From contig CAZKNH010000008.1 in the NCBI GenBank assembly GCA_964553875.1, positions 1 through 60,692 of the forward strand: 60,692 bases of DNA, read 5' to 3'. Source of the DNA: an uncultured Gammaproteobacteria bacterium (GTDB taxonomy: Bacteria; Pseudomonadota; Gammaproteobacteria; Steroidobacterales; Rariloculaceae). This document shows positions 60,305 to 60,692 of the stretch, piece after piece. The notes under the pieces are model-generated. The model was given only the letters and a program-made list of their open reading frames with translations, had not been told where the DNA came from and did no database searches. Each line of letters starts with the position of its first letter. Positions within the stretch are counted from its first letter, which is position 1. The translations under genes and the position numbers were made by a program.

Positions 60305-60692
60305 GGAATCGGGGGCAAGGAAATCGGGGTCAGACCCCTTTTTCCCGGGGAAATCTGGGTCAGAGCCCTTTTTCTGAATGGCCGGTATCGGCGTCAGAGG
60401 GGTTATGTCTTTTCCGAGGCCGGCCCGAACTCGTTAGAAGAGAGGCCCAACCCGAACTTCTCTGCGAATCGGCCCTGACCCCGTAATTCCCTTCGCAAGC
60501 GGAAAGGGAGGCCGCAATATCGGGGTCTGACCCCAATTTCGCTGATATCGGGGTCTGACCCCAATTTCCCTGACCACGAACTTTCTCAGGGGAAGAGTTC
60601 CGGTCCGAGTGCCTCAGCGGGCAGGAAAGAGAGAGTGGCTCTGAGCCCATTCTCCCGGCGCGGGCCTTTTCGCATCTTGCGAAAAAGGGGTC
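60304..60692. repeat. Array of at least 8 REP-like palindromic units (core GGGGTC(A/T)GACCCC)
   Basis: Units at about 60321-60344, 60351-60374 and 60386-60407 (TCAGA orientation); 60466-60488, 60516-60540, 60544-60568 and 60632-60654 (TCTGA orientation); and 60681-60692 (cut by the window edge). Two are identical 24-mers, ATATCGGGGTCTGACCCCAATTTC, 28 bp apart. Confidence 0.85.

Noticed and set aside
60516-60568. Two identical 24-bp repeats that could look like a mini CRISPR array.
   Set aside because: There are only two exact copies with a 4-nt spacer. The units occur in both orientations nearby, no cas genes are present, and the palindromic core is typical of REP elements rather than CRISPR repeats.
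60360-60650. 96-aa ORF on the minus strand (and ORF 6664..7332 on the plus strand).
   Set aside because: The reading frames are created by translating the palindromic repeats (NWGQTPIS, LGSDPDI, MSDTILPEREKWCLT). There is no SD and the composition is implausible.

Overview
This is a 60.7-kb high-GC chromosomal segment of a proteobacterium. The gene order yebC-ruvCAB-ybgC-tolQRAB-pal-cpoB-queE-queC-tRNA-Lys matches what I remember for Pseudomonas-like Gammaproteobacteria. I call about 60 protein genes, 2 tRNAs (Arg-CCT, Lys-UUU), several hairpin terminators and a REP-like palindromic repeat family. Housekeeping content: a partial aldehyde dehydrogenase, a PLD-family lipoprotein, two ferredoxins next to a two-subunit 2-oxoacid:ferredoxin oxidoreductase (korAB), an M19 dipeptidase, sucA-sucB-lpdA, the Holliday-junction and Tol-Pal operons, queuosine genes, proC, a GltP-type symporter and a GAF-PAS-GGDEF-EAL protein. 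I found no rRNA, CRISPR array, transposase, integrase, phage structural gene or recognisable defence or toxin-antitoxin module. Many long ORFs in the track are antisense or out-of-frame artefacts of the GC content. Two tRNA-adjacent stretches of orphan genes are the most worth following up. (i) tRNA-Arg to sucA (9.0-14.6 kb) holds a tightly coupled holin-like / OM-barrel / lipoprotein-cytochrome-c operon flanked by DUF4397- and DUF5658-like proteins. (ii) The 7-8 kb after tRNA-Lys is an integrase-less islet of exported, internally duplicated proteins (a double DUF1254-DUF1214 fusion, a tandem 135-aa-domain protein, an exported Vgb-like propeller) around an orphan LigM-like demethylase. Also notable are a methyltransferase / BNR-propeller lipoprotein / alpha-beta-hydrolase lipoprotein operon, a 0.69-kb ORF-free gap, and an array of GGGGTC(A/T)GACCCC repeats at the right edge with a related 46-bp perfect hairpin after korB. 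All family assignments come from motif recognition by eye and memory, not from searches, and start codons are best guesses. I cannot demonstrate a new system from sequence alone; the candidates are hypotheses.
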